Shown here: positions 36,518 to 47,158 of the stretch, in pieces
How the letters are laid out: each line of letters opens with the position of its first letter
Numbering within the stretch: position 1 is the stretch's first letter
Assembly (NCBI RefSeq): GCF_013315695.1
Contig: NZ_CP054353.1
Direction: 5' to 3' (one strand)
DNA from: Escherichia coli
GTDB lineage: Bacteria > Pseudomonadota > Gammaproteobacteria > Enterobacterales > Enterobacteriaceae
DNA: 64,000 nucleotides
Notes under the pieces: generated by a model
The model's input: only the letters and a program-made list of their open reading frames with translations
What the model was told of the DNA's origin: nothing
Database searches by the model: none
Program-made: the position numbers and the translations under genes

Positions 36518-38671
36518 ATGCTAAGTCCTTTGCTCAAACGCTATACCTGGAACAGCGCCTGGCTGTATTACGCGCGTATTTTTATTGCGCTTTGTGGAAC
36601 CACAGCGTTTCCGTGGTGGCTGGGTGATGTAAAACTGACGATTCCGCTGACGCTGGGGATGGTGGCAGCGGCGCTGACCGATCTCGATGACCGACTGGCG
36701 GGACGTTTGCGTAACCTCATCATTACGCTGTTCTGCTTTTTTATCGCCTCGGCCTCAGTAGAACTGCTGTTTCCCTGGCCCTGGCTATTTGCGATTGGCT
36801 TAACGCTCTCAACCAGCGGCTTCATTTTGCTCGGCGGTCTGGGTCAACGCTATGCAACAATTGCCTTCGGTGCGTTACTGATCGCCATTTACACTATGTT
36901 GGGGACGTCACTGTATGAGCACTGGTATCAGCAGCCGATGTATCTGCTGGCCGGTGCCGTCTGGTACAACGTCCTGACACTTATTGGTCATCTACTGTTC
37001 CCGGTCCGCCCGCTGCAGGACAACCTGGCGCGTTGCTATGAACAACTGGCGCGTTACCTTGAGCTCAAGTCGCGCATGTTTGATCCTGATATTGAAGATG
37101 AAAGCCAGGCACCGTTGTACGATTTGGCTCTCGCCAACGGTCAGCTGATGGCGACATTGAATCAGACGAAACTCTCGCTGCTGACCCGCTTACGTGGCGA
37201 TCGTGGTCAACGGGGAACGCGTCGCACGCTGCATTATTACTTCGTCGCGCAGGATATTCACGAGCGTGCCAGCTCTTCTCATATTCAGTATCAAACATTG
37301 CGTGAACATTTTCGCCACAGCGACGTGCTGTTCCGTTTTCAGCGGCTGATGTCGATGCAGGGCCAGGCGTGCCAGCAACTGTCACGTTGTATTTTGTTGC
37401 GTCAGCCTTATCAACATGATCCGCATTTCGAGCGCGCTTTTACGCATATTGATGCTGCGCTGGAGCGGATGCGCGATAACGGCGCACCTGCCGATTTACT
37501 CAAAACACTGGGATTTTTGCTGAACAATTTACGCGCCATTGATGCCCAACTGGCAACAATTGAATCAGAACAGGCCCAGGCACTGCCCCATAATAATGAC
37601 GAAAATGAGCTCGCTGATGACAGCCCGCACGGATTGAGTGATATCTGGCTGCGTCTTAGCCGTCACTTCACGCCGGAATCCGCCCTCTTCCGTCATGCGG
37701 TAAGAATGTCGCTGGTGTTGTGCTTCGGCTACGCCATCATTCAGATAACCGGAATGCATCACGGGTATTGGATCTTGCTGACAAGTTTGTTTGTCTGCCA
37801 GCCAAACTATAACGCCACGCGCCACCGCCTGAAGTTAAGGATTATTGGGACGCTGGTCGGTATCGCCATTGGCATTCCTGTGCTGTGGTTTGTACCGTCA
37901 CTGGAAGGGCAACTGGTGCTACTGGTTATTACCGGCGTGCTCTTTTTTGCCTTCCGTAACGTGCAATACGCCCATGCAACGATGTTCATCACACTTTTGG
38001 TGCTACTTTGTTTTAACTTGCTGGGTGAAGGTTTTGAAGTGGCGTTACCTCGCGTAATCGATACGCTGATTGGTTGTGCCATTGCGTGGGCGGCGGTGAG
38101 CTACATCTGGCCTGACTGGAAGTTTCGCAATCTGCCGCGCATGCTCGAACGTGCCACCGAGGCCAACTGTCGCTATCTCGATGCCATACTGGAGCAATAC
38201 CATCAGGGGCGTGATAACCGTCTGGCGTATCGTATTGCCCGCCGCGATGCACACAACCGTGATGCCGAACTGGCGTCGGTGGTATCAAATATGTCCAGCG
38301 AGCCGAACGTTACCCCGCAAATTCGCGAGGCCGCGTTTCGGTTGCTGTGCCTTAACCATACGTTTACCAGCTATATCTCAGCCCTCGGTGCTCACCGGGA
38401 GCAGTTAACTAATCCTGAAATTCTGGCGTTTCTTGATGACGCAGTTTGCTATGTTGATGGCGCGTTACATCATCAACCTGCTGATGAAGAACGCGTCAAT
38501 CAGGCATTAGCTGGCCTGAAACAGCGGATGCAGCAACTTGAACCACGGGCAGACAGCAAAGAACCTCTGGTCGTACAACAAGTTGGGTTATTGATTGCAT
38601 TACTGCCAGAGATTGGTCGTCTGCAACGCCAGATTACTCAAGTTCCGCAGGAAACTCCTGTTTCGGCGTAA
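36518..38671 (+). CDS. yccS: Inner membrane protein YccS (fusaric-acid-resistance-like family)
   Basis: Polytopic membrane protein of about 717 aa; start chosen at MLSPLLKRYTW. Confidence 0.9.
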   Translation: MLSPLLKRYTWNSAWLYYARIFIALCGTTAFPWWLGDVKLTIPLTLGMVAAALTDLDDRLAGRLRNLIITLFCFFIASASVELLFPWPWLFAIGLTLSTSGFILLGGLGQRYATIAFGALLIAIYTMLGTSLYEHWYQQPMYLLAGAVWYNVLTLIGHLLFPVRPLQDNLARCYEQLARYLELKSRMFDPDIEDESQAPLYDLALANGQLMATLNQTKLSLLTRLRGDRGQRGTRRTLHYYFVAQDIHERASSSHIQYQTLREHFRHSDVLFRFQRLMSMQGQACQQLSRCILLRQPYQHDPHFERAFTHIDAALERMRDNGAPADLLKTLGFLLNNLRAIDAQLATIESEQAQALPHNNDENELADDSPHGLSDIWLRLSRHFTPESALFRHAVRMSLVLCFGYAIIQITGMHHGYWILLTSLFVCQPNYNATRHRLKLRIIGTLVGIAIGIPVLWFVPSLEGQLVLLVITGVLFFAFRNVQYAHATMFITLLVLLCFNLLGEGFEVALPRVIDTLIGCAIAWAAVSYIWPDWKFRNLPRMLERATEANCRYLDAILEQYHQGRDNRLAYRIARRDAHNRDAELASVVSNMSSEPNVTPQIREAAFRLLCLNHTFTSYISALGAHREQLTNPEILAFLDDAVCYVDGALHHQPADEERVNQALAGLKQRMQQLEPRADSKEPLVVQQVGLLIALLPEIGRLQRQITQVPQETPVSA

Positions 38672-39263
38672 GAGAGTCAGCCCATTCTGCAAGCTCCTGG
38701 CGGCGTGCCACCGGGAGCGCAGCTTCATGAATGCCGATAATGGCCCCTTCAAGCATAAACAGAATCTTTTCTGTCACCAGACTGTTTTGCTGCCGCAGTC
38801 GCAACCAACACATTTTTGCCCCAAGTATACGTAACGCCCGTACATCCTTAATCCCCACCTCCCCGAGAATCGCTTCCAGATGAAAAGACATATTGGGCAA
38901 ATCTTTCAGTCTTTCCCGGGTATTGCGCGTGCTTTTCTCTTTCAGCGCTGCATCGAGAGAATATTTCGACAGACGCACCAGCTTCAGTTGATTTCGCCAT
39001 AGACTTTCATCAACTCGATAGTAATTGAGGGTAACGGATCGGCCACACTTTTTATATGTCAGCCAGACAGGCGGATGTTTTACACAGTACTGTGCACTTT
39101 GCTCACAAGCCCGAAGATACAACTCACCATCAGAAACCATCGCAAACACCGTGTCGTCAACGGTCAGGCTGTAACTGCCAAACAATGATCGGTATTCAAT
39201 TGTGCCCAACGTTGCCAGGTATTCTTGTGATTTATAGATCCGCTTATAGGAGAGGCTTTTCAT
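38634..39263 (-). CDS. sxy: Competence regulator Sxy/TfoX
   Basis: 209-aa ORF MKSLSYKRIYKSQEYLATLGTIEYRSLFG...; 38-bp convergent overlap with yccS. Confidence 0.93.
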   Translation of the reverse strand: MKSLSYKRIYKSQEYLATLGTIEYRSLFGSYSLTVDDTVFAMVSDGELYLRACEQSAQYCVKHPPVWLTYKKCGRSVTLNYYRVDESLWRNQLKLVRLSKYSLDAALKEKSTRNTRERLKDLPNMSFHLEAILGEVGIKDVRALRILGAKMCWLRLRQQNSLVTEKILFMLEGAIIGIHEAALPVARRQELAEWADSLTPKQEFPAELE

Positions 39264-39439
39264 AAAATTCCTTTTAAAATCATAACATAAAAGAATGATT
39301 CACATTAACGGATCCGTTAACTACGAAAATAGGCAACTTATTCTTAAGGGGCAAGATTAATTTATGTTTTCCCGCCACCAACGACAAAATTTGCGAGGCT
39401 CTTTCCGAAAATAGAGTTGATCTTTGTCGTCACTGGATG

Positions 39440-39459
39440 TACTGTACATTCATACAGTA
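39440..39459. promoter_or_regulatory. LexA operator (SOS box) of sulA
   Basis: tactgtacattcatacagta, a perfect CTGT-N8-ACAG palindrome 23 bp upstream of the sulA ATG. Confidence 0.9.
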
Positions 39460-39481
39460 ACTCACAGGGGCTGGATTGATT

Positions 39482-39991
39482 ATGTACACTTCAGGCTATG
39501 CACATCGTTCTTCGTCGTTCTCATCCGCAGCAAGTAAAATTGCGCGTGTCTCTACGGAAAACACTACAGCCGGGCTTATCAGTGAAGTTGTCTATCGCGA
39601 AGATCAGCCCATGATGACGCAACTTCTACTGTTGCCATTGTTACAGCAACTCGGTCAGCAATCGCGCTGGCAACTCTGGTTAACACCGCAACAAAAACTG
39701 AGTCGCGAATGGGTTCAGGCATCTGGGCTACCCTTAACGAAAGTAATGCAGATTAACCAGCTCTCCCCCTGCCACACCGTGGAGTCAATGGTTCGCGCTT
39801 TACGCACGGGCAATTACAGCGTGGTGATCGGTTGGTTGGCAGATGATTTGACTGAAGAAGAGCATGCTGAACTTGTTGATGCGGCAAATGAAGGTAACGC
39901 TATGGGGTTTATTATGCGTCCGGTAAGTGCATCCTCTCACGCCACGAGACAACTTTCCGGGCTAAAAATTCACTCTAATTTGTATCATTAA
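39482..39991 (+). CDS. sulA: SOS cell-division inhibitor
   Basis: 169-aa product [32 protein letters not shown]... Confidence 0.95.
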   Translation: MYTSGYAHRSSSFSSAASKIARVSTENTTAGLISEVVYREDQPMMTQLLLLPLLQQLGQQSRWQLWLTPQQKLSREWVQASGLPLTKVMQINQLSPCHTVESMVRALRTGNYSVVIGWLADDLTEEEHAELVDAANEGNAMGFIMRPVSASSHATRQLSGLKIHSNLYH

Positions 39992-40214
39992 GTAAATTTA
40001 GGATTAATCCTGGAACTTTTTTTGTCGCCCAGCCAATGCTTTCAGTCGTGACTAATTTTCCTTGCGGAGGCTTGTGTGAAGCGGTTTCCGCGATTTTCTT
40101 CTGTAAATTGTCGCTGACAAAAAAGATTAAACGTACCTTATACAAGACTTTTTTTTCATATGCCTGACGGAGTTCACACTTGTAAGTTTTCAACTACGTT
40201 GTAGACTTTACATC

Positions 40215-40347
40215 GCCAGGGGTGCTCGGCATAAGCCGAAGATATCGGTAGAGTTAATATTGAGCAGATCCCCCGGTGAAGGATTTAACCGTGTTATCTC
40301 GTTGGAGATATTCATGGCGTATTTTGGATGATAACGAGGCGCAAAAA
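40215..40347 (+). promoter_or_regulatory. ompA 5' untranslated leader (about 133 nt), known Hfq/MicA target
   Basis: Sequence from gccaggggtgctcggcataagccgaagatatcgg to the ATG matches the remembered ompA leader. Confidence 0.75.
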
Positions 40348-41400
40348 ATGAAAAAGACAGCTATCGCGATTGCAGTGGCACTGGCTGGTTTCGCTACCGT
40401 AGCGCAGGCCGCTCCGAAAGATAACACCTGGTACACTGGTGCTAAACTGGGCTGGTCCCAGTACCATGACACTGGTTTTATTCCTAACAATGGTCCGACC
40501 CACGAAAACCAACTGGGTGCAGGTGCTTTTGGTGGTTACCAGGTTAACCCGTATGTTGGCTTTGAAATGGGTTACGACTGGTTAGGTCGTATGCCGTACA
40601 AAGGCGACAACATCAACGGCGCATACAAAGCTCAGGGCGTTCAGCTGACCGCTAAACTGGGTTACCCAATCACTGACGATCTGGACATCTACACTCGTCT
40701 GGGTGGTATGGTATGGCGTGCAGACACCAAGGCTAACGTACCTGGTGGCGCATCTTTTAAAGACCACGACACCGGCGTTTCTCCGGTTTTCGCTGGCGGT
40801 GTTGAGTACGCGATCACTCCTGAAATCGCTACCCGTCTGGAATACCAGTGGACCAACAACATCGGTGACGCACACACCATCGGTACTCGTCCGGACAACG
40901 GCATGCTGAGCCTGGGTGTTTCCTACCGTTTCGGTCAGGGCGAAGCAGCTCCAGTAGTTGCTCCGGCTCCAGCTCCGGCACCGGAAGTACAGACCAAGCA
41001 CTTCACTCTGAAGTCTGACGTTCTGTTCACCTTCAACAAAGCAACCCTGAAACCGGAAGGTCAGGCTGCTCTGGATCAGCTGTACAGCCAGCTGAGCAAC
41101 CTGGATCCGAAAGACGGTTCCGTAGTTGTTCTGGGTTACACTGACCGCATCGGTTCTGACGCTTACAACCAGGGTCTGTCCGAGCGCCGTGCTCAGTCCG
41201 TTGTTGATTACCTGATCTCTAAAGGTATCCCGGCAGACAAAATCTCCGCACGTGGTATGGGCGAATCCAACCCGGTTACTGGCAACACCTGTGACAACGT
41301 GAAACAGCGTGCTGCACTGATCGACTGCCTGGCTCCGGATCGTCGCGTAGAGATCGAAGTTAAAGGCATCAAAGACGTTGTAACTCAGCCGCAGGCTTAA
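40348..41400 (+). CDS. ompA: Outer membrane protein A, 350 aa, non-K-12 loop allele
   Basis: Signal peptide [21 protein letters not shown], beta-barrel, APAPAPAP hinge and C-terminal OmpA domain; loop segments GDNING and [14 protein letters not shown] differ from K-12 as remembered. Confidence 0.97.
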   Translation: MKKTAIAIAVALAGFATVAQAAPKDNTWYTGAKLGWSQYHDTGFIPNNGPTHENQLGAGAFGGYQVNPYVGFEMGYDWLGRMPYKGDNINGAYKAQGVQLTAKLGYPITDDLDIYTRLGGMVWRADTKANVPGGASFKDHDTGVSPVFAGGVEYAITPEIATRLEYQWTNNIGDAHTIGTRPDNGMLSLGVSYRFGQGEAAPVVAPAPAPAPEVQTKHFTLKSDVLFTFNKATLKPEGQAALDQLYSQLSNLDPKDGSVVVLGYTDRIGSDAYNQGLSERRAQSVVDYLISKGIPADKISARGMGESNPVTGNTCDNVKQRAALIDCLAPDRRVEIEVKGIKDVVTQPQA

Positions 41401-41413
41401 GTTCTCGTCTGGT

Positions 41414-41443
41414 AAAAAACCCCGCAGCTGCGGGGTTTTTTTT
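41414..41443. terminator. Bidirectional rho-independent terminator between ompA and matP
   Basis: aaaaaaccccgcagctgcggggtttttttt, a perfect GC-rich hairpin flanked by A- and T-runs. Confidence 0.85.
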
Positions 41444-41475
41444 CGCCTTTAGTAAATTGAAGTGACTTTTGACAG

Positions 41476-41928
41476 TTATTCCTTACCCAGCAATGCCTGC
41501 AGATCCTGCTTCAGAGAAGACATTTTATTCGCGTATTTCTCTTTGTTTTCCGCATCTTCAATCAGCTGAACAATCGTTTCAGAAAGCGTTTTACCGCGAC
41601 GCTGCGCAAGACCAGCCAGACGTTGCCAGACAATAAATTCCAGATCGATCGATTTTTTGCGCGTATGCTGGTGTTCCGCATTAAAATGGCGCTTCCGTCT
41701 GGCCCGAATGGTCTGCTTCATGCGATTGACCAGTTCCGGATTCATATGCTTGTCAATCCAGCCATTTACCAGCACGGGTTCATTTTCCAGCGAGAGCAAC
41801 ACATCGACGGCTTCCTGGGCGGCACTGGCTTCTATGTAACGGGTGATTAACTCCCCTTCGCGATACTTCTTCACCAGATACTTCCATTTCCAACCGCTTT
41901 CAAGATTTTCAAGTTGTTGATATTTCAT
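41476..41928 (-). CDS. matP: Ter macrodomain organiser MatP
   Basis: 150-aa [29 protein letters not shown]... Confidence 0.93.
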   Translation of the reverse strand: MKYQQLENLESGWKWKYLVKKYREGELITRYIEASAAQEAVDVLLSLENEPVLVNGWIDKHMNPELVNRMKQTIRARRKRHFNAEHQHTRKKSIDLEFIVWQRLAGLAQRRGKTLSETIVQLIEDAENKEKYANKMSSLKQDLQALLGKE

Positions 41929-42113
41929 AGCGATCTCAATGTTACCGTGTAACTCTTTACAGAATATCAGCTTTTTAGGCCAGTGAAGAAAAGAATCTCC
42001 ATCCTGTGAGCTTTAACGCCCATGCCAGGAGTATTGTCGGTGCTTTCTACGTGTGCTGCAGTGCCGGTTACGGTATAATCGCGGCTTTGACAACAGACTA
42101 AAAAACATCAACT

Positions 42114-43874
42114 TTGACCATTACGAAACTTGCATGGCGTGACCTGGTTCCTGATACCGATAGCTATCAGGAAATATTTGCTCAGCCACATTTGATTGAC
42201 GAAAACGATCCTTTATTCAGTGATACTCAACCGCGACTGCAATTTGCGCTGGAGCAGTTGCTGCATACGCGAGCATCCTCCTCTTTTATGCTGGCGAAGG
42301 CCCCGGAAGAGTCTGAGTATCTGAATCTTATTGCCGATGCCGCGCGTGCGCTACAAAGCGATGCAGGCCAACTGGTGGGCGGTCACTATGAGGTTTCCGG
42401 GCACACCATCCGTTTACGTAACGCAGTGAGTGCAGATGATAATTTTGCGACTTTAACGCAAGTTGTCGCTGCCGACTGGGTAGAAGCGGAACAACTCTTT
42501 GGCTGCCTGCGCCAGTTTAATGGCGACATTACCCTGCAGCCTGGTCTGGTGCATCAGGCAAATGGCGGTATTCTCATCATCTCTTTGCGTACACTGCTGG
42601 CGCAACCTCTGCTGTGGATGCGGCTGAAAAATATCGTTAACCGCGAGCGTTTTGACTGGGTTGCGTTTGATGAGTCGCGCCCTCTCCCCGTCTCTGTGCC
42701 TTCGATGCCATTGAAGCTGAAAGTCATTCTGGTAGGCGAACGCGAATCATTGGCTGATTTCCAGGAGATGGAACCAGAGCTTTCAGAGCAGGCTATTTAT
42801 AGCGAATTTGAAGATACTCTGCAGATTGTCGATGCGGAGTCAGTAAGCCAGTGGTGTCGCTGGGTAACATTGACCGCAAGACATAATCACTTACCTGCAC
42901 CGGGAGCGGATGCCTGGCCAGTACTTATCCGCGAAGCAGCCCGCTACACCGGTGAACAAGAAACACTTCCGCTTAGCCCGCAGTGGATCCTCCGCCAGTG
43001 TAAAGAGGTCGCCTCCCTGTGCGATGGCGACACCTTCTCCGGCGAGCAGCTAAACTTAATGCTGCAGCAGCGTGAATGGCGTGAAGGTTTCCTCGCTGAA
43101 CGCATGCAGGATGAGATCCTTCAGGAGCAAATCCTGATTGAAACCGAAGGCGAACGCATCGGGCAAATTAACGCCCTTTCGGTCATTGAATTTCCGGGTC
43201 ATCCACGCGCTTTTGGCGAACCTTCTCGCATTAGCTGCGTTGTGCATATTGGCGATGGTGAATTCACCGACATCGAACGCAAAGCGGAGCTTGGCGGCAA
43301 TATCCATGCGAAAGGGATGATGATCATGCAAGCGTTCCTGATGTCGGAACTACAGCTTGAGCAACAGATCCCCTTCTCAGCATCGCTGACATTTGAGCAG
43401 TCATACAGTGAAGTGGATGGCGATAGTGCCTCGATGGCTGAACTCTGCGCCCTGATCAGCGCCCTCGCCGATGTGCCGGTGAATCAGAGTATCGCTATCA
43501 CAGGTTCAGTCGATCAGTTCGGTCGCGCCCAGCCAGTCGGTGGTTTAAATGAGAAAATCGAAGGCTTCTTTGCTATTTGCCAGCAACGTGAGTTAACGGG
43601 GAAACAAGGTGTCATTATCCCCACTGCTAACGTTCGCCATTTAAGTCTTCACAGTGAACTGGTGAAAGCGGTAGAAGAAGGCAAATTCACCATCTGGGCA
43701 GTAGACGATGTGACTGACGCACTGCCGTTATTATTAAATCTGGTGTGGGATGGCGAAGGCCAAACGACGCTGATGCAAACCATCCAGGAACGTATCGCAC
43801 AAGCATCGCAACAGGAAGGACGTCACCGTTTTCCATGGCCATTACGTTGGCTGAACTGGTTTATTCCGAACTGA
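42114..43874 (+). CDS. ycbZ: Lon-protease-like protein
   Basis: 586-aa ORF with C-terminal Lon proteolytic-domain-like region. Confidence 0.92.
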   Translation: MTITKLAWRDLVPDTDSYQEIFAQPHLIDENDPLFSDTQPRLQFALEQLLHTRASSSFMLAKAPEESEYLNLIADAARALQSDAGQLVGGHYEVSGHTIRLRNAVSADDNFATLTQVVAADWVEAEQLFGCLRQFNGDITLQPGLVHQANGGILIISLRTLLAQPLLWMRLKNIVNRERFDWVAFDESRPLPVSVPSMPLKLKVILVGERESLADFQEMEPELSEQAIYSEFEDTLQIVDAESVSQWCRWVTLTARHNHLPAPGADAWPVLIREAARYTGEQETLPLSPQWILRQCKEVASLCDGDTFSGEQLNLMLQQREWREGFLAERMQDEILQEQILIETEGERIGQINALSVIEFPGHPRAFGEPSRISCVVHIGDGEFTDIERKAELGGNIHAKGMMIMQAFLMSELQLEQQIPFSASLTFEQSYSEVDGDSASMAELCALISALADVPVNQSIAITGSVDQFGRAQPVGGLNEKIEGFFAICQQRELTGKQGVIIPTANVRHLSLHSELVKAVEEGKFTIWAVDDVTDALPLLLNLVWDGEGQTTLMQTIQERIAQASQQEGRHRFPWPLRWLNWFIPN

Positions 43875-43904
43875 TCGGACTTGTTCAGCGTACACGTGTT
43901 AGCT
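43869..43904 (+). promoter_or_regulatory. fabA promoter operators: FadR activator site and FabR repressor palindrome
   Basis: aactgatcggacttgtt (FadR-like, 43869-43885) and agcgtacacgtgttagct (FabR palindrome, 43887-43904) directly upstream of fabA. Confidence 0.7.
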
Positions 43905-43942
43905 ATCCTGCGTGCTTCAATAAAATAAGGCTTACAGAGAAC

Positions 43943-44461
43943 ATGGTAGATAAACGCGAATCCTATACAAAAGAAGACCTTCTTGCCTCTGGTCGCGGTG
44001 AACTGTTTGGCGCTAAAGGCCCGCAATTGCCAGCACCGAACATGCTGATGATGGACCGTGTGGTCAAAATGACCGAAACGGGTGGTAACTTCGACAAAGG
44101 GTATGTTGAAGCAGAGCTGGATATCAATCCGGATCTGTGGTTCTTCGGATGCCACTTTATCGGCGATCCGGTTATGCCGGGATGCCTGGGCCTGGACGCA
44201 ATGTGGCAGCTGGTAGGGTTCTACCTCGGCTGGCTGGGCGGCGAAGGTAAAGGCCGCGCGCTGGGCGTTGGCGAAGTGAAATTCACTGGTCAGGTACTGC
44301 CGACAGCGAAAAAAGTGACCTACCGTATTCACTTTAAACGCATTGTTAATCGTCGTCTGATTATGGGGCTGGCAGATGGCGAAGTGCTGGTTGATGGTCG
44401 TCTGATCTATACCGCCAGCGACCTGAAAGTCGGTCTGTTCCAGGATACGTCTGTCTTCTGA
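43943..44461 (+). CDS. fabA: 3-hydroxydecanoyl-ACP dehydratase/isomerase
   Basis: 172-aa product [23 protein letters not shown]...; ORF-track start is a 66-codon extension overlapping ycbZ. Confidence 0.97.
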   Translation: MVDKRESYTKEDLLASGRGELFGAKGPQLPAPNMLMMDRVVKMTETGGNFDKGYVEAELDINPDLWFFGCHFIGDPVMPGCLGLDAMWQLVGFYLGWLGGEGKGRALGVGEVKFTGQVLPTAKKVTYRIHFKRIVNRRLIMGLADGEVLVDGRLIYTASDLKVGLFQDTSVF

Positions 44462-44492
44462 TAATAATCAGACAGAGTATAAAAAGGCGAAA

Positions 44493-44519
44493 CCTCCGCA
44501 ATGCGGAGGTTTCTTTTTA
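44493..44519. terminator. Bidirectional terminator between fabA and rmf
   Basis: Hairpin cctccgc-aat-gcggagg followed by tttcttttt. Confidence 0.7.
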
Positions 44520-44530
44520 AAGAGACAGAA

Positions 44531-44698
44531 TCAGGCCATTACTACCCTGTCCGCCATGGCTTCTCGCCAGCCTCCCAGCCATTGTGACCTTTGATTCAGC
44601 GTCTGATAGGGACACATTTCTTTTGAGCGTCCGGCGATGCCGGCCTGATAACCACGTTGATGTGCCCGTTCCAGGCGATCTCGTTTTTGTCTCTTCAT
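44531..44698 (-). CDS. rmf: Ribosome modulation factor, 55 aa (ORF track shows a wrong-frame 65-aa ORF here)
   Basis: Reverse-strand translation MKRQKRDRLERAHQRGYQAGIAGRSKEMCPYQ... Confidence 0.92.
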   Translation of the reverse strand: MKRQKRDRLERAHQRGYQAGIAGRSKEMCPYQTLNQRSQWLGGWREAMADRVVMA

Positions 44699-44953
44699 GC
44701 CTCGTTTCCCTCATACTGGTTTCTGGTGGAAAAGAAAACAGTGATTACTAAATGTGCAATCACAGTTAAGCAATACCGCGAATCATAACTGCCGTCAATG
44801 CGCAAAATTCACGCCACTGTCATATTTGTGAGCTACACGGGCATGTCGGTTGTACAAAAAATGTGAAGAGGAACAACTTTTTCCGCAAGTTAGAAACAAA
44901 AAAACCGCCTCAGGCAACATACCGGAGACGGTTATATTTACAAATCTTTATGA

Positions 44954-45517
44954 TTACGGTAGACGCTTTATCTCTTGCGCAATAGAAGCGGCTTCCTGAC
45001 TCCAGATACTGGCCAGCACTTTAACCATTTCATCGTAACCATCCTGAGTTTGCATCCCTTCCAGACGGAACGGACGTTTGATCAGTTGTCCCTGGTGGTT
45101 CAACAGCCACTCACCACTGACAATGACCTTGCCATCATAGCGACCGTTAAACTCCGTGACGGTAACATTGAGCGTGTCCTGGGCGCTTCCCAGAGGCTGG
45201 GAGGCAACCACCCAGCCGGGCAGTTGCGTACTCAGGTTGGCAACCAGGGTGTTGCGCAACTGTTGATCCAACGGGCTGGCCCACAAGTTGTTGTTGGCAA
45301 TCACATACTTCACATCACTAGTTTGATAAACCACACCATTCCCCGCCAGATAGTCAGGAACAGCGACCTGCTCTACCCATAACAGGCGATTACCCTGGCT
45401 GGCGGTACTTTGTGTACCGCTCTGCACCACAGGTAACTGGTAATAGTTTTTATTAATTTCGCCGGAGCTGCATCCGGCCAGCCACAGTGCTGCAATCGTC
45501 ACTAGCCACTTTTTCAT
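44954..45517 (-). CDS. pqiC: Lipoprotein PqiC
   Basis: 187-aa ORF with lipobox LAGC. Confidence 0.92.
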   Translation of the reverse strand: MKKWLVTIAALWLAGCSSGEINKNYYQLPVVQSGTQSTASQGNRLLWVEQVAVPDYLAGNGVVYQTSDVKYVIANNNLWASPLDQQLRNTLVANLSTQLPGWVVASQPLGSAQDTLNVTVTEFNGRYDGKVIVSGEWLLNHQGQLIKRPFRLEGMQTQDGYDEMVKVLASIWSQEAASIAQEIKRLP

Positions 45518-47154
45518 TGTTTCGCCCTCTTCGGCTCTGGATCTTTTTTGTCCTTCGCTTCAAATACCAGCGCGTTACTCTTCTCGTTGAGCGTTTTCAG
45601 CACCGGTTGCAGTTCTCGCAACACCTGATCAAGTCGCTGCATATCCGCCACCATCTTGTTGTAGGCTGCGGAGCCAGGCTGGAAGCCCTGCATACTGCGA
45701 TTCAATTCACGCAACGTTGACTGCATATCCGTCGGTAACTGCTGCATCGACTGGCTGGCGAGGATCTTGTTCATGCTATCCAGCGTCGTTTGCAGGTTTT
45801 TCATTGTGCGCTGACTTTCAGAAAGCGTACTGGTTGCCTGTTCAATCATCGGATTCAATGGCAGTTTGTTGATCTTATCCAACGCTTCCATCAGTCGTTG
45901 CTGGATTTGCGCCAGACCGCCGCTAACGGTCGGGATAATCTGATAACCATTAAATTCACGAATACCGGTTATTGCAGGCGTATTTGGATAGAAATCGAGA
46001 TCAACATACAGTGCGCCAGTGACCAGGTTTCCGGTTTTCAGCGATCCGCGTAAACCACGTTTCAACAATTCGCCAAGGTGCTCAACAACATCCGCATTTT
46101 CGCCAAGCTGCATTTTCAGCCGCTCTGGCTCGATACGAATCAGTACCGGAATACGGTAATCATCGTTAAATGTCTGACGCATATTCGGCGCAAAGAATGG
46201 CACTTTGCTTACGGTACCCAGGCGAATACCCCGGAATTCTACCGGAGCTCCCGGTTGCAGACCGCGTACCGAATCTTTAAAGAACATCAGATAATCAATG
46301 TGATCGGTGTACAACGAATCCTGAATGCTCTTCTGATCATCATACAAAACGAAAGCTGTTTTCGGTGCCACTGGCTGCCCTAAATCCAGACCTTCCGGCA
46401 CATCAAAGCTGACACCGCCACTAAGCAGCGTTGTCAATGAGCCCATCTCCACACGCATTCCCGCTGACGTCAAATCAACCGCAATGCCACTATCTTTCCA
46501 GAAGCGAACATTGCTGGTCACCAGTCGGTCATAAGGTGCATTGATGAACAGTTGATAGCTGATATTGCGTTTTTGCGTATCGAAGGTGCTGGTTTCAACC
46601 GAACCTACCCGATAGCCACGGAACAGCACGGGATCTCCTGGCGAGAGCTGCCCGGCTTTTTTGCTATCGAGAATCACACGGATACCTTTCGCATCAGGCG
46701 GGGCCAACGGTGGCGAGTCCAGCAAATCGTATTTATCCATTTTGCTGCCTTTTGCGCCTGGCTGCAGTTCGATATAAACCCCAGACAGCAGCGTTCCCAG
46801 GCCGCTAATCCCTTCTCGACCAATCTGCGGTTTCACCACCCAAAAGACGGTATCTTTATGCAGCAATTTTTCCATACCGGAATTCAGCCGCGCTTTGATT
46901 TCAACGTGCGTCAAATCATCAGCCAGTGTGGCGCTTTCAACCACGCCGACGTCAACGCTACGGCTTTTAATGGTGGTTTTACCACCTTCTATTCCTTCCG
47001 CATTCGCGGTGATCAGGGTCACTTCCGGCCCCTGATGGCTGTAATGATAAAAAAGAACCCAGGCCCCAATGAGCGCCGTGACGATAGGAAATATCCACAC
47101 GGGAGACCAGTTCTTCACTTTCTGGATTTTGGCTTCCCCATTATTAGATTCCAT
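45514..47154 (-). CDS. pqiB: MCE-domain envelope-spanning protein PqiB
   Basis: 546-aa product from MESNNGEAKIQKVKNWSPVW... Confidence 0.93.
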   Translation of the reverse strand: MESNNGEAKIQKVKNWSPVWIFPIVTALIGAWVLFYHYSHQGPEVTLITANAEGIEGGKTTIKSRSVDVGVVESATLADDLTHVEIKARLNSGMEKLLHKDTVFWVVKPQIGREGISGLGTLLSGVYIELQPGAKGSKMDKYDLLDSPPLAPPDAKGIRVILDSKKAGQLSPGDPVLFRGYRVGSVETSTFDTQKRNISYQLFINAPYDRLVTSNVRFWKDSGIAVDLTSAGMRVEMGSLTTLLSGGVSFDVPEGLDLGQPVAPKTAFVLYDDQKSIQDSLYTDHIDYLMFFKDSVRGLQPGAPVEFRGIRLGTVSKVPFFAPNMRQTFNDDYRIPVLIRIEPERLKMQLGENADVVEHLGELLKRGLRGSLKTGNLVTGALYVDLDFYPNTPAITGIREFNGYQIIPTVSGGLAQIQQRLMEALDKINKLPLNPMIEQATSTLSESQRTMKNLQTTLDSMNKILASQSMQQLPTDMQSTLRELNRSMQGFQPGSAAYNKMVADMQRLDQVLRELQPVLKTLNEKSNALVFEAKDKKDPEPKRAKQ

Positions 47155-47158
47155 ACTG

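Noticed and set aside
43745-43942. ORF-track N-terminal extensions of fabA, and likewise helD, ompA, hyaA, hyaF, appA, hspQ, yccU, yccX, pqiB, pyrD, zapC and torS
   Set aside because: The extended starts overlap upstream genes or known promoter and leader sequences. Homology-based internal starts give the known protein lengths, so the extensions are artefacts of longest-ORF calling.
44517-44714. 65-aa ORF MRETRHEETKTRSPG... from the track
   Set aside because: Wrong reading frame over rmf; the true product is the 55-aa Rmf in another frame on the same strand (44531-44698).
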